Part shown: positions 1-7,642 of the stretch, piece after piece
How positions within the stretch are numbered: position 1 is the stretch's first letter
How the letters are laid out: every line of letters begins with the position of its first letter
IMG/VR virus record: IMGVR_UViG_3300035703_000005
Span: 124,001 to 188,000 of that record
Strand: one strand, 5' to 3'
Length of the DNA: 64,000 bases
Notes under the pieces: model-generated
Seen by the model: only the letters and a program-made list of their open reading frames with translations
Databases searched by the model: none
Told to the model about the DNA's origin: nothing
Position numbers and translations under genes: made by a program

Positions 1-1370
1 AGAATTTTAGCAGCCTTTACTCTAGTTGCACCACGAACTCTCTCAGCTTTCTCAGTCGCAGTTAAACCTTTTTTTGGATTTTCTTCAGTTTTTTTTGGCT
101 TTTTTTCAGTTTTTTTTGGCTTTTTTTCATCATCACCATCACCACGAATATCCGCAAGAAGATCATCTAACTTTCCCTCAGACAATGGAGAGAATTCCAA
201 AATCATTTTTTGAACTAAAGAAACTTTCTCTTTAACTTCTTCTTTCTTTTTTTCAGGAAGACCTTCATGTTTTGTCTTTGCAAAGTCTCTTGCTGCCTTC
301 TTGCTCATACCTTCAGCAGCCTTTGCAACCTCAGGAGATGCAGGAGTTCCTCCCTTCTTTGCAGCATAAACCATTCCCATAAATCTTTGTTGCGCTCTAC
401 TTAAAGCCTTTTCTTCAATGTATTCTTCCTTAGTAAGTTCTCCAGTTGCTTTTGCTTTACGAATCTTCTTTGGATTCTTTAACTTACCGCCTGGATACAT
501 ATCCTCTTCATCGTCACGATCATAGTCAGGATCCACATTCGCACGATGTCTTGCTGCTCTCTCTGGAGATGCCTTATCGTCATGAATACCTGATCTACGA
601 AGAGGTGAAGTCTTTTCTGCTTCTCTCTTATCCTTTTGCTTTTGACGACTACGGTTCTTCTTGAAGTCCTTCATCGTCATGCCTTCTTCAACCATTTCAC
701 CTTCTAGATCATAAGATTGACGAAGTTGTTTCATTGCATCATTCAATGCATTATTTCTCTTCTGCATTCCATATGCAGCACCTGCAATACCTGTTCCAGG
801 ATTCTTGATATTTTGGCCTTTATTTGCAGCACTTACACCAGAGTCTGCAGCTTTTTTCGCTCTATTAATAGCTGCACCAGCAAGTGCAGCACCACCAGCA
901 GCAAGCCCAGCAGCAACTAATGGTGCAATTTCATCAAGTTGTTCAGTTTCTTCCTTCATCTTTTCACGTTTTGCCTTTGTCTTAGCAAGAAGTCTTTCAC
1001 GAGCAGCTTCCTGTTCAGACTTAGAAATATTAAACATATCCCTATCGGTTTTAAGTCTCTCCTGGGGAGGAATAACTTTAGCTCTAACTTTTCTACGATT
1101 TAGAAGATACTTATCTGACTTATCGTGATCTCCGTCGTTATCAATATCCTTATCTTCCTTACCAACAGGATCTAAAGCTTCTTCTACCTTCTTCTTTTTA
1201 TCGGCAGCAATCTCGGCACCGACAATCGCTCTCCTCTTCTTTAAATAACTATCGGAAGAATCCGAATCACCATCATTATCCACATCGTCATCTTCTTGAC
1301 CGATAGGATCTAGTTTTTTAGGTGTTTTAGCTTCTGCAACAATACGTGAAAATTCTTCCCAACTAGCCAT
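1..1370 (-). CDS. Modular charged protein, putative internal (capsid-packaged) polyprotein; 3' end outside window; not in ORF track
   Basis: Manual translation from ATG at 1370 is open to the window edge (MASWEEFSRIVAEAKTPKKLDPIGQEDDDVDNDGD...KALSRAQQRFMGMVYAAKKG...). Late promoter ATAAATA at 1397-1403. Confidence 0.85.
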   Translation of the reverse strand, partial: MASWEEFSRIVAEAKTPKKLDPIGQEDDDVDNDGDSDSSDSYLKKRRAIVGAEIAADKKKKVEEALDPVGKEDKDIDNDGDHDKSDKYLLNRRKVRAKVIPPQERLKTDRDMFNISKSEQEAARERLLAKTKAKREKMKEETEQLDEIAPLVAAGLAAGGAALAGAAINRAKKAADSGVSAANKGQNIKNPGTGIAGAAYGMQKRNNALNDAMKQLRQSYDLEGEMVEEGMTMKDFKKNRSRQKQKDKREAEKTSPLRRSGIHDDKASPERAARHRANVDPDYDRDDEEDMYPGGKLKNPKKIRKAKATGELTKEEYIEEKALSRAQQRFMGMVYAAKKGGTPASPEVAKAAEGMSKKAARDFAKTKHEGLPEKKKEEVKEKVSLVQKMILEFSPLSEGKLDDLLADIRGDGDDEKKPKKTEKKPKKTEENPKKGLTATEKAERVRGATRVKAAKI

Positions 1371-1395
1371 TTATTTTGTAGAAATACTGCTAGTT

Positions 1396-2652
1396 TTATT
1401 TATTCTTTTTGCCCTTGCGGAATTTATCATAAATTGAAGTAATCTTAACTCCAGTATAACTCTTAACTTCTTGACCTGGAGTTAATGATTGAACATATTC
1501 CCTATATTCATCTGTTCCAATTTCGTGAGGATTCTCTACAAGATCTTTCAACCATGACTTAAACATTACGTCATCTTCAGTTACACAAATGACATAATTT
1601 GTTCCTCTACGAATTACCTCTCCTCTGAGTCCGGTATTCATATTTTCAACAAGATTACCAACCTCATAGATATGATCTACAAGATATGCATCTCTCATAC
1701 CTTCCTCATCGAGTTTAGGAGCTATTTCCCATACTTCAGTTCCTTCTTCAATATTCATAGATCTACGAAGGACATTAAATAATTCCTTTTTCTGCATATT
1801 ACCAAGAGTATCTGGAACACCCTTAGCAAATTTTACAAAATCTCCTTCTGCAGCCGCAAGTCTCAACTTAGATGCAGACATTCCAGTTACATCATCCGAA
1901 TCAGGATCTCTTTCTCCAGCAGAAACTACTTCAAGTTGATCATAGTTATAAAGCTCTCCATTATACTTATGACTTAAACCTTGAAATTCACCAAGTCTAT
2001 CTTGACCAACCATAATGATCATATTACTATGACCCTCTTCATTTGCGCCAGTCAATACATTGAAAATCGTCTTCGCGCCCTTATCATCAACAATACTATC
2101 CGCATAGTCTGGGAACATTTGACGCATATAAGAAATCTTCATTTGTGGAGTGAGAGGATTCTTCTTAGCGTCTTGTGAACGAGATGGATAAATTCTCAAT
2201 TCATAACCCCTCTTCTCAGCTTCCTTTGCAGCTCTCTTGAGAAGTTTTTCGTGGCCAATTGTAGGTGGATTAAATCTACCAAATACTACAACGACTCCTG
2301 GTGTTTCTGGAACTGGTTTTTCGACAGAAGGTTGTTCTTGTGAAGTTTGTTGTTCTGGTGGAACTTGTTGTTGTGTAGTTTGTTGGGTAGGTTCTTGAGT
2401 AGGAGCCTGTTGTGTTTGTGGTGCAGCTTGTGGTTGAACTGCTGCAGATTGAGGTTTAGAAGGTGAATCCTTTTGTCCAGGTATATTGTCACTACCAAAA
2501 AACTTTAATTTTCCAGATACAGTCTTAGCAACAAACTCACCATTTTTATCATACCATCCTCCATGACCGTCTCCACTCAAACCGAGTCTTTTGGCTTCGG
2601 CAGATGCAGAGGTCTCTCTAGCTTCAGTGAAAAACTGAGTGAAATTCTTCAT
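1396..2652 (-). CDS. Cytidyltransferase-like (HIGH-motif) nucleotidyltransferase
   Basis: VVVFGRFNPPTIGH, VGQDR and MSASKLR motifs; a typical cyanomyovirus gene near mazG; Q/P-rich linker after the N-terminal domain. Confidence 0.85.
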   Translation of the reverse strand: MKNFTQFFTEARETSASAEAKRLGLSGDGHGGWYDKNGEFVAKTVSGKLKFFGSDNIPGQKDSPSKPQSAAVQPQAAPQTQQAPTQEPTQQTTQQQVPPEQQTSQEQPSVEKPVPETPGVVVVFGRFNPPTIGHEKLLKRAAKEAEKRGYELRIYPSRSQDAKKNPLTPQMKISYMRQMFPDYADSIVDDKGAKTIFNVLTGANEEGHSNMIIMVGQDRLGEFQGLSHKYNGELYNYDQLEVVSAGERDPDSDDVTGMSASKLRLAAAEGDFVKFAKGVPDTLGNMQKKELFNVLRRSMNIEEGTEVWEIAPKLDEEGMRDAYLVDHIYEVGNLVENMNTGLRGEVIRRGTNYVICVTEDDVMFKSWLKDLVENPHEIGTDEYREYVQSLTPGQEVKSYTGVKITSIYDKFRKGKKNK

Positions 2653-2693
2653 TATTATTAATTAGTTAGGATTCCTTAACCTTTAGGTATTTA

Positions 2694-3770
2694 TTATTTT
2701 TCTTTTGGATTGTATGCGGCAGGACCAGCTTCAACATAGAACTTCAATTCCTTAATTTGAAAATCTTCTCCAGATCCAACAACCCTTTTCTTAAATCTCA
2801 GTTGAAATAATTCTTTATTCAATGGTTTTATAATAAATTTTAAGTTATCACTAGTTTTCTGAACATCTATTGAGTTAGTATTTTTCTGAAGTTCATTTAT
2901 ATAATCTGGGGTAATTTCTTTTATTTTTGCCTTGTCAATATCTACAACATTTGCAAGATCGGATCCGAAAGTTACGGATTTAAATAACTCAAATGCCTGA
3001 TCTTTGAAGGAAGAATTTCTAGAAGCAGTTTCTAAAGATTCCAAAGTTTCCTTGTAAAGTTCTTTTATGGTATCTACTTTTAATTTTTTTTCTGCGGGAG
3101 TTCTAGCTTGTGCAAGTTGTTCCCCCAATATTTTTCTATACTTAGCTTCTTCAGGCAATGAAATTCCAAATCTTTTAAGTATATCCATCATTCCATTATA
3201 GGGACTCAAATTAGCAAGAGTTTTACTACCAGATTTCAAAGAGAAACTTAAAGTCCTATCCATTTGTTTTTGACCATTCATAGTTACCGAAACTTCAAGA
3301 TCTCCCTTAATATCTCCACCTGAAGATTCTCCGGCAATACCATCGGCATTAATAATAATTTCAACTTGATCAGATTTATTATTTTTTAAATAACTATCTT
3401 TAGTTTTTTGAATAAGAGTCCTATAGTGTGTTTTAGTGTACAGAATTAAATTATCTATTTTTCTTTCAATATTACCTATATCAGCACTCTTTGCGTAAAG
3501 AGGTTCATAATTTGGACCAAAAGCCATATTAGTTGATTCATATTTTAGTCTAACAATTAATACAACTTTAATTTTATCTTGTGGTTTTCCGTCTTTAAAT
3601 TCTCTAATTACTATTTTTGCATTTCCATTTCTAAAAATAGATGGATCAATTTGTCTCCTCCATTTATTAATATTTCCTTTATTGATTGTCCCACCACCAC
3701 TGGCAAATAACTCCGCAAGACATATGGCAAAGATGCCTTCCATTACATCCCCTTCATTTAACTTTGCCAT
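2694..3770 (-). CDS. Hypothetical protein, possible PD-(D/E)XK nuclease fold
   Basis: 358-aa ORF; KGDLEV...SFSLKSG resembles a restriction-like active site; late promoter at 3795-3801. Confidence 0.5.
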   Translation of the reverse strand: MAKLNEGDVMEGIFAICLAELFASGGGTINKGNINKWRRQIDPSIFRNGNAKIVIREFKDGKPQDKIKVVLIVRLKYESTNMAFGPNYEPLYAKSADIGNIERKIDNLILYTKTHYRTLIQKTKDSYLKNNKSDQVEIIINADGIAGESSGGDIKGDLEVSVTMNGQKQMDRTLSFSLKSGSKTLANLSPYNGMMDILKRFGISLPEEAKYRKILGEQLAQARTPAEKKLKVDTIKELYKETLESLETASRNSSFKDQAFELFKSVTFGSDLANVVDIDKAKIKEITPDYINELQKNTNSIDVQKTSDNLKFIIKPLNKELFQLRFKKRVVGSGEDFQIKELKFYVEAGPAAYNPKEK

Positions 3771-3815
3771 AAGTATTAAAAAAACCCTTCCAAATATTTA
3801 TGGAAAGGTCTTAAA

Positions 3816-3995
3816 TTATTTGTTAGCAATATAGTTTTCCATTGCCTCATCAAGATTCAAAAGAACTTCACGAATATTAGAAATTCGTTTTGGTTCTGTA
3901 GGACCTTCGGCATAACCCTTTTGGGCATCAATCAAAGCCATAAGGACCTCACTTGATTCTTCAAAAGTCATCTCAAGAACTACTTTAGTTTTCAC
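3816..3995 (-). CDS. Small hypothetical protein (59 aa), not in ORF track
   Basis: GTG start overlaps the mazG stop (GTGA); MKTKVVLEMTFEESSEVLMALIDAQKGY...; fills the intergenic gap. Confidence 0.7.
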   Translation of the reverse strand: MKTKVVLEMTFEESSEVLMALIDAQKGYAEGPTEPKRISNIREVLLNLDEAMENYIANK

Positions 3996-4402
3996 AGATC
4001 ATCCTCCGCACGATTTTCTGAATAATAAGGGTCAAAAAAACCGCCAGGATAACGCTTTTCAAGTTTAGTCACATTTCCCACAATCACCTCATCAATAGTA
4101 ACTCCAAGAGCCATACAAGCTTGTGCAACATACCACATGATGTCTCCAAGTTCAATAATCATGTGATGACGATTATCTTCATTGAAGGGTTTGCCTTGGA
4201 AAATCATTTTTTTAATGATCTCAAGAAACTCTCCACCTTCAGCATTGATACCAACACCTGCGGTAAGAAGTCGTTCAATATTTGCACCTTTCTCATCCAG
4301 TTCCACAAGACGATTAGAAAGAACAAGAAAATCAGTAGATGCTTCAGAAGTTACGGCATCGACAAACTCAGTGTATTTCGCAAAGTCAACGTTTTTAGTC
4401 AT
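3992..4402 (-). CDS. mazG: MazG-like nucleoside triphosphate pyrophosphohydrolase
   Basis: EGGEFLEIIKK and ELGDIMWY motifs, KLEKRYP; position after gp41. Confidence 0.92.
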   Translation of the reverse strand: MTKNVDFAKYTEFVDAVTSEASTDFLVLSNRLVELDEKGANIERLLTAGVGINAEGGEFLEIIKKMIFQGKPFNEDNRHHMIIELGDIMWYVAQACMALGVTIDEVIVGNVTKLEKRYPGGFFDPYYSENRAEDDL

Positions 4403-5784
4403 CAGAATTTAAATCCCTCAAATGATTTTTTTGGTCCGGTTTTCTTTTCTTCATAAGTATACTCCTCATCTTGCCCAGAGTCAAGTATGTCCGTTTGAGC
4501 ACTCTGTTCACAATCATAGAGGCGCATCTTTGCACGATCAATACCAACAACAAATCGTTTGTTGATAGTAGGATCGTTATAACGGTTCTTCAATTGTTTT
4601 ACCATGATTTGTCCCAACTCTTCAAGCTCTTCTGTACTAATAAGGGCAAACATAAGATCAGCAGTAGCAGGGAGACCAAAGGATTCAGAAGTATCAGTAA
4701 GTTCAACATCAGAAGAACCATAACCTGAACGAGTGGTCTGAGTGGCGGATACAATCGGGACATTAAACTCAACGGCGAGTCCACGCAATTCCTCAGCAAT
4801 AGCTTTGATATACGAATAAGAATTGACAGAAAGATTTCCTTTATACCTAGAGGAAGAACAAATATTAAGGTAATCAATGAAAATAATATCAGGTCTAAAT
4901 GACTTCTTAAGTGCAAGTTCATTAAGAAGTGCTTTAAAATGTCCACTATGTGCAGATGCAGTTGGATATTCCTTAATTATAAGAGTTCCTTGAGTTTTTT
5001 TTGCAATATTTGATACTTTATTCTCAAACATCTGACGAGGAAGTTTCTCAATCTCTTGAATATTTACATTCAGAAGATTAGAGTCAATCCTTTCAGCAAT
5101 CCTTTCTTCAGCCATCTCCATGGTAATATAAAGGACATTCTTACCACGAAGAAGAACAGAAGAAGCAAAGTGACACATAAAAAGTGATTTACCCACACCA
5201 GTGCCTGCAAGAGCAATGTTGAGAGTTTTATTAGGAAGACCACCTTTTGTAACCTTGTTGAAGAATTCCAAATCAAAAGGAATCTTTTCTTCGGTCTGGT
5301 GATAAAACTCGTATCGTTCTTCATAATCCTGAAGATAATCGTGACCTACATTTCGGTCAAAACTGACAGCAAGAGCATCAGAAAGAATGGATGGAATTGC
5401 GTCCTTAGTTTTCTTGGAATCTTTACCATCAACAATAGCAATAGATTCCATCAATGCAAGATAAATGGCTTTATCACGACACCACTTCTCAGTGGTATCG
5501 CATAGCCAAGTAATATCTAGAATAGAATCATCAAGACCAAAAACATATTCGGTCACTTCTTTATAAGTATTTTCATTAAGATCGGTACGATTCTCAACTT
5601 CAATATGAAGAATTTCCTTAGTGGGCAACTTATTATACTTAAAAATAAAGTTACAAATTTCTTCAAAAACTACTTTCTCAGCGTAGTCAGTAAAATATTC
5701 TGTTCTAATGAATGGTAGAACTTTACGAGAGTAATCTTCATTAAAAGCAAGGCTCCTGAGAATTGTAGTTTCAACCCGTTCCAT
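4402..5784 (-). CDS. gp41: Replicative DNA helicase (T4 gp41)
   Basis: Walker A AGTGVGKS, IDYLNI, SATQTTR, SESFGLP, QLKNRY; start set at MERVE, coupled to the upstream stop. Confidence 0.96.
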   Translation of the reverse strand: MERVETTILRSLAFNEDYSRKVLPFIRTEYFTDYAEKVVFEEICNFIFKYNKLPTKEILHIEVENRTDLNENTYKEVTEYVFGLDDSILDITWLCDTTEKWCRDKAIYLALMESIAIVDGKDSKKTKDAIPSILSDALAVSFDRNVGHDYLQDYEERYEFYHQTEEKIPFDLEFFNKVTKGGLPNKTLNIALAGTGVGKSLFMCHFASSVLLRGKNVLYITMEMAEERIAERIDSNLLNVNIQEIEKLPRQMFENKVSNIAKKTQGTLIIKEYPTASAHSGHFKALLNELALKKSFRPDIIFIDYLNICSSSRYKGNLSVNSYSYIKAIAEELRGLAVEFNVPIVSATQTTRSGYGSSDVELTDTSESFGLPATADLMFALISTEELEELGQIMVKQLKNRYNDPTINKRFVVGIDRAKMRLYDCEQSAQTDILDSGQDEEYTYEEKKTGPKKSFEGFKF

Positions 5785-6323
5785 TAGTAATAGTGACAAT
5801 AAGTGGACATAATGTATTTGATTCCTTTATTAACTCGCAATCCCGCATGAGGATACTGCCAAGTTGGAGGAAACACCATGACTGATCCTTTTTTTGGAAC
5901 AATCTTTTTATTGTGGTGAGGAAAATGAGTTTCTCCACCAGTAAAATCATCGTTTAGATAATAAAGAAATGCAAGATACCTTCTTGCAGATGCATAATCT
6001 TCAACATCAACGTGTAAATCAAATCTATCTTGACTGCGAGAATGATATTTTTTAATACGAAATTCTTCCAAAAAGAGTCGCGGTGGATACCATCTAGTGT
6101 AATCGGAGAACTCTCTTTTGTAAAGATCTAGAATATTTTTAGTAATTATAGATAAAAATTGTACATGTTCTGGATGTTTTTGATTCACATTCAGTTGTGT
6201 AAAATTTGGAGTTCCCTTATTATTAATGATTTCTTTGTATCCACTTACATCAAATAAACGAATCAAGATATCGCAAGCATTATCATCAAGGACTTTATCA
6301 TAGACCTTGATGAAATCATCCAT
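5784..6323 (-). CDS. 2OG-Fe(II) oxygenase (prolyl-hydroxylase-like)
   Basis: HVD...YLNDDFTGGETHF...FPPTWQYPHAG...KY gives the HxD...H triad. Confidence 0.9.
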   Translation of the reverse strand: MDDFIKVYDKVLDDNACDILIRLFDVSGYKEIINNKGTPNFTQLNVNQKHPEHVQFLSIITKNILDLYKREFSDYTRWYPPRLFLEEFRIKKYHSRSQDRFDLHVDVEDYASARRYLAFLYYLNDDFTGGETHFPHHNKKIVPKKGSVMVFPPTWQYPHAGLRVNKGIKYIMSTYCHYY

Positions 6324-7317
6324 AACAAAACTCTTTCTTAGCAATTTCATCTAAAGCCTGCATTACTTCTGGAGTAAAATATTCTTCTGGGTTCGCTAGA
6401 ATTTGTTTTGCATAGATTTTTTTACCATCAATTTCATATCTACCTGCGACATTTTTCCAAAGGCCGCCAATCTCACCCAGTTCTAAAAGACCATAGTAAC
6501 GATCGAGACCACGTTCATCATAATAAAGACGAACCTCAACATCCTTATTCTCTTTACTCAAACGAGACTTAGCAGTCTTAGCCTTGATAATGTTTCCAAC
6601 GACTTCTGTTCCATCTTTTTCTTTTTTCTTACTGAGATATATGATAGTAGAAGCGGCGTACTTAAGACCACTACCACCTCCCATCTCCTTAGTAGGAACA
6701 TAAGCACCGATGACATCATAAGTATGATTCGTAACTAACATTGGAATTTTAGCTTGTCCAAGTTTCAGAGTAATCATACGAAAAGTACCTTTGACCAATT
6801 GCGATTTGGTCATGTCCCGAACTTGTTTATCGTTCAGTGCATCCGTAATTTCTTTCTCTGTGGAAAGCATTCCCAATGAGTCTAACACAAACATACAGGG
6901 TTTGCGTTCTCCTTCAGGTTTTTTTAAGTATAGATCTACTGCTTTGAGAGCTTTACTACGAAACTCCTCCACTGTAACAACATTAACAACAACGAGACGA
7001 GAAGTATCAATTCCACGAGATTCTACTAGTGATTTAGTGATAGCAGCCTCAGTGTCAAAGTAGAGACAGTAACCATCGGGATAAGTATCAAGAAAGTTCT
7101 TAACCACGGCGAGAGAGAAAAAAGTCTTTCCAGTAGAAGACTCTCCAGCAATAGCAGTAATCTTATTCCCAGATACACCACCAAATACACTGCCCGAAAC
7201 CAATGCATTAAAAATATATGAACCTGTATCAACATAAGTTTCAGTCTCATCAATATCGGAAGCAAGTTGTGTATACTCGCCACCAATTTCTTTTACAATA
7301 TCTTTAAGAAAATCCAT
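6316..7317 (-). CDS. uvsX: RecA-like recombinase UvsX
   Basis: AGESSTGKT, DSLGML, MGGGSGLKY; T4 synteny. Confidence 0.95.
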   Translation of the reverse strand: MDFLKDIVKEIGGEYTQLASDIDETETYVDTGSYIFNALVSGSVFGGVSGNKITAIAGESSTGKTFFSLAVVKNFLDTYPDGYCLYFDTEAAITKSLVESRGIDTSRLVVVNVVTVEEFRSKALKAVDLYLKKPEGERKPCMFVLDSLGMLSTEKEITDALNDKQVRDMTKSQLVKGTFRMITLKLGQAKIPMLVTNHTYDVIGAYVPTKEMGGGSGLKYAASTIIYLSKKKEKDGTEVVGNIIKAKTAKSRLSKENKDVEVRLYYDERGLDRYYGLLELGEIGGLWKNVAGRYEIDGKKIYAKQILANPEEYFTPEVMQALDEIAKKEFCYG

Positions 7318-7481
7318 CAGCATACCATCCCGTATTCTTCACGTAAGATTTTTTTGTAAGGAAGTCCCTGTTCACGAAGTTCCTTAACTAATTTAAGTTT
7401 ATGATATAGAGCAGAGTCTCCACCAAATCCAAGAGCACTGACAATTTTTTTCAGTTCATCATCATTAATAGGCAGATCCAT
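7317..7481 (-). CDS. Small hypothetical protein (54 aa), not in ORF track
   Basis: MDLPINDDELKKIVSALGFGGDSALYHKLKLV...; GGAGG upstream; TAATG/TGATG coupling at both ends. Confidence 0.75.
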   Translation of the reverse strand: MDLPINDDELKKIVSALGFGGDSALYHKLKLVKELREQGLPYKKILREEYGMVC

Positions 7482-7642
7482 TATTCCTCCAAATTTTTAG
7501 ACTCTGTGCATATAACCCAATTATACCTCTTTTTGAGCTCATTTGCAAACCAATAAGCTGTAGAAGGAGATTCAAATAATTTTTTATTTTTTATAGGAGA
7601 CAATCTACCTGGTTCAGCCCAGGTAACTACATATTTACTCAT
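7481..7642 (-). CDS. Small hypothetical protein (53 aa), not in ORF track
   Basis: MSKYVVTWAEPGRLSPIKNKK...; ATGA overlap with the gp43 stop. Confidence 0.7.
   Translation of the reverse strand: MSKYVVTWAEPGRLSPIKNKKLFESPSTAYWFANELKKRYNWVICTESKNLEE

Noticed and set aside
26-1128. Plus-strand ORFs, including the His-run ORF 26..235 and the Ala-rich ORF 805..1128
   Set aside because: They are antisense shadows of the long minus-strand ORF 1..1370; the His and Phe runs mirror its Asp/Gly and Lys codons.
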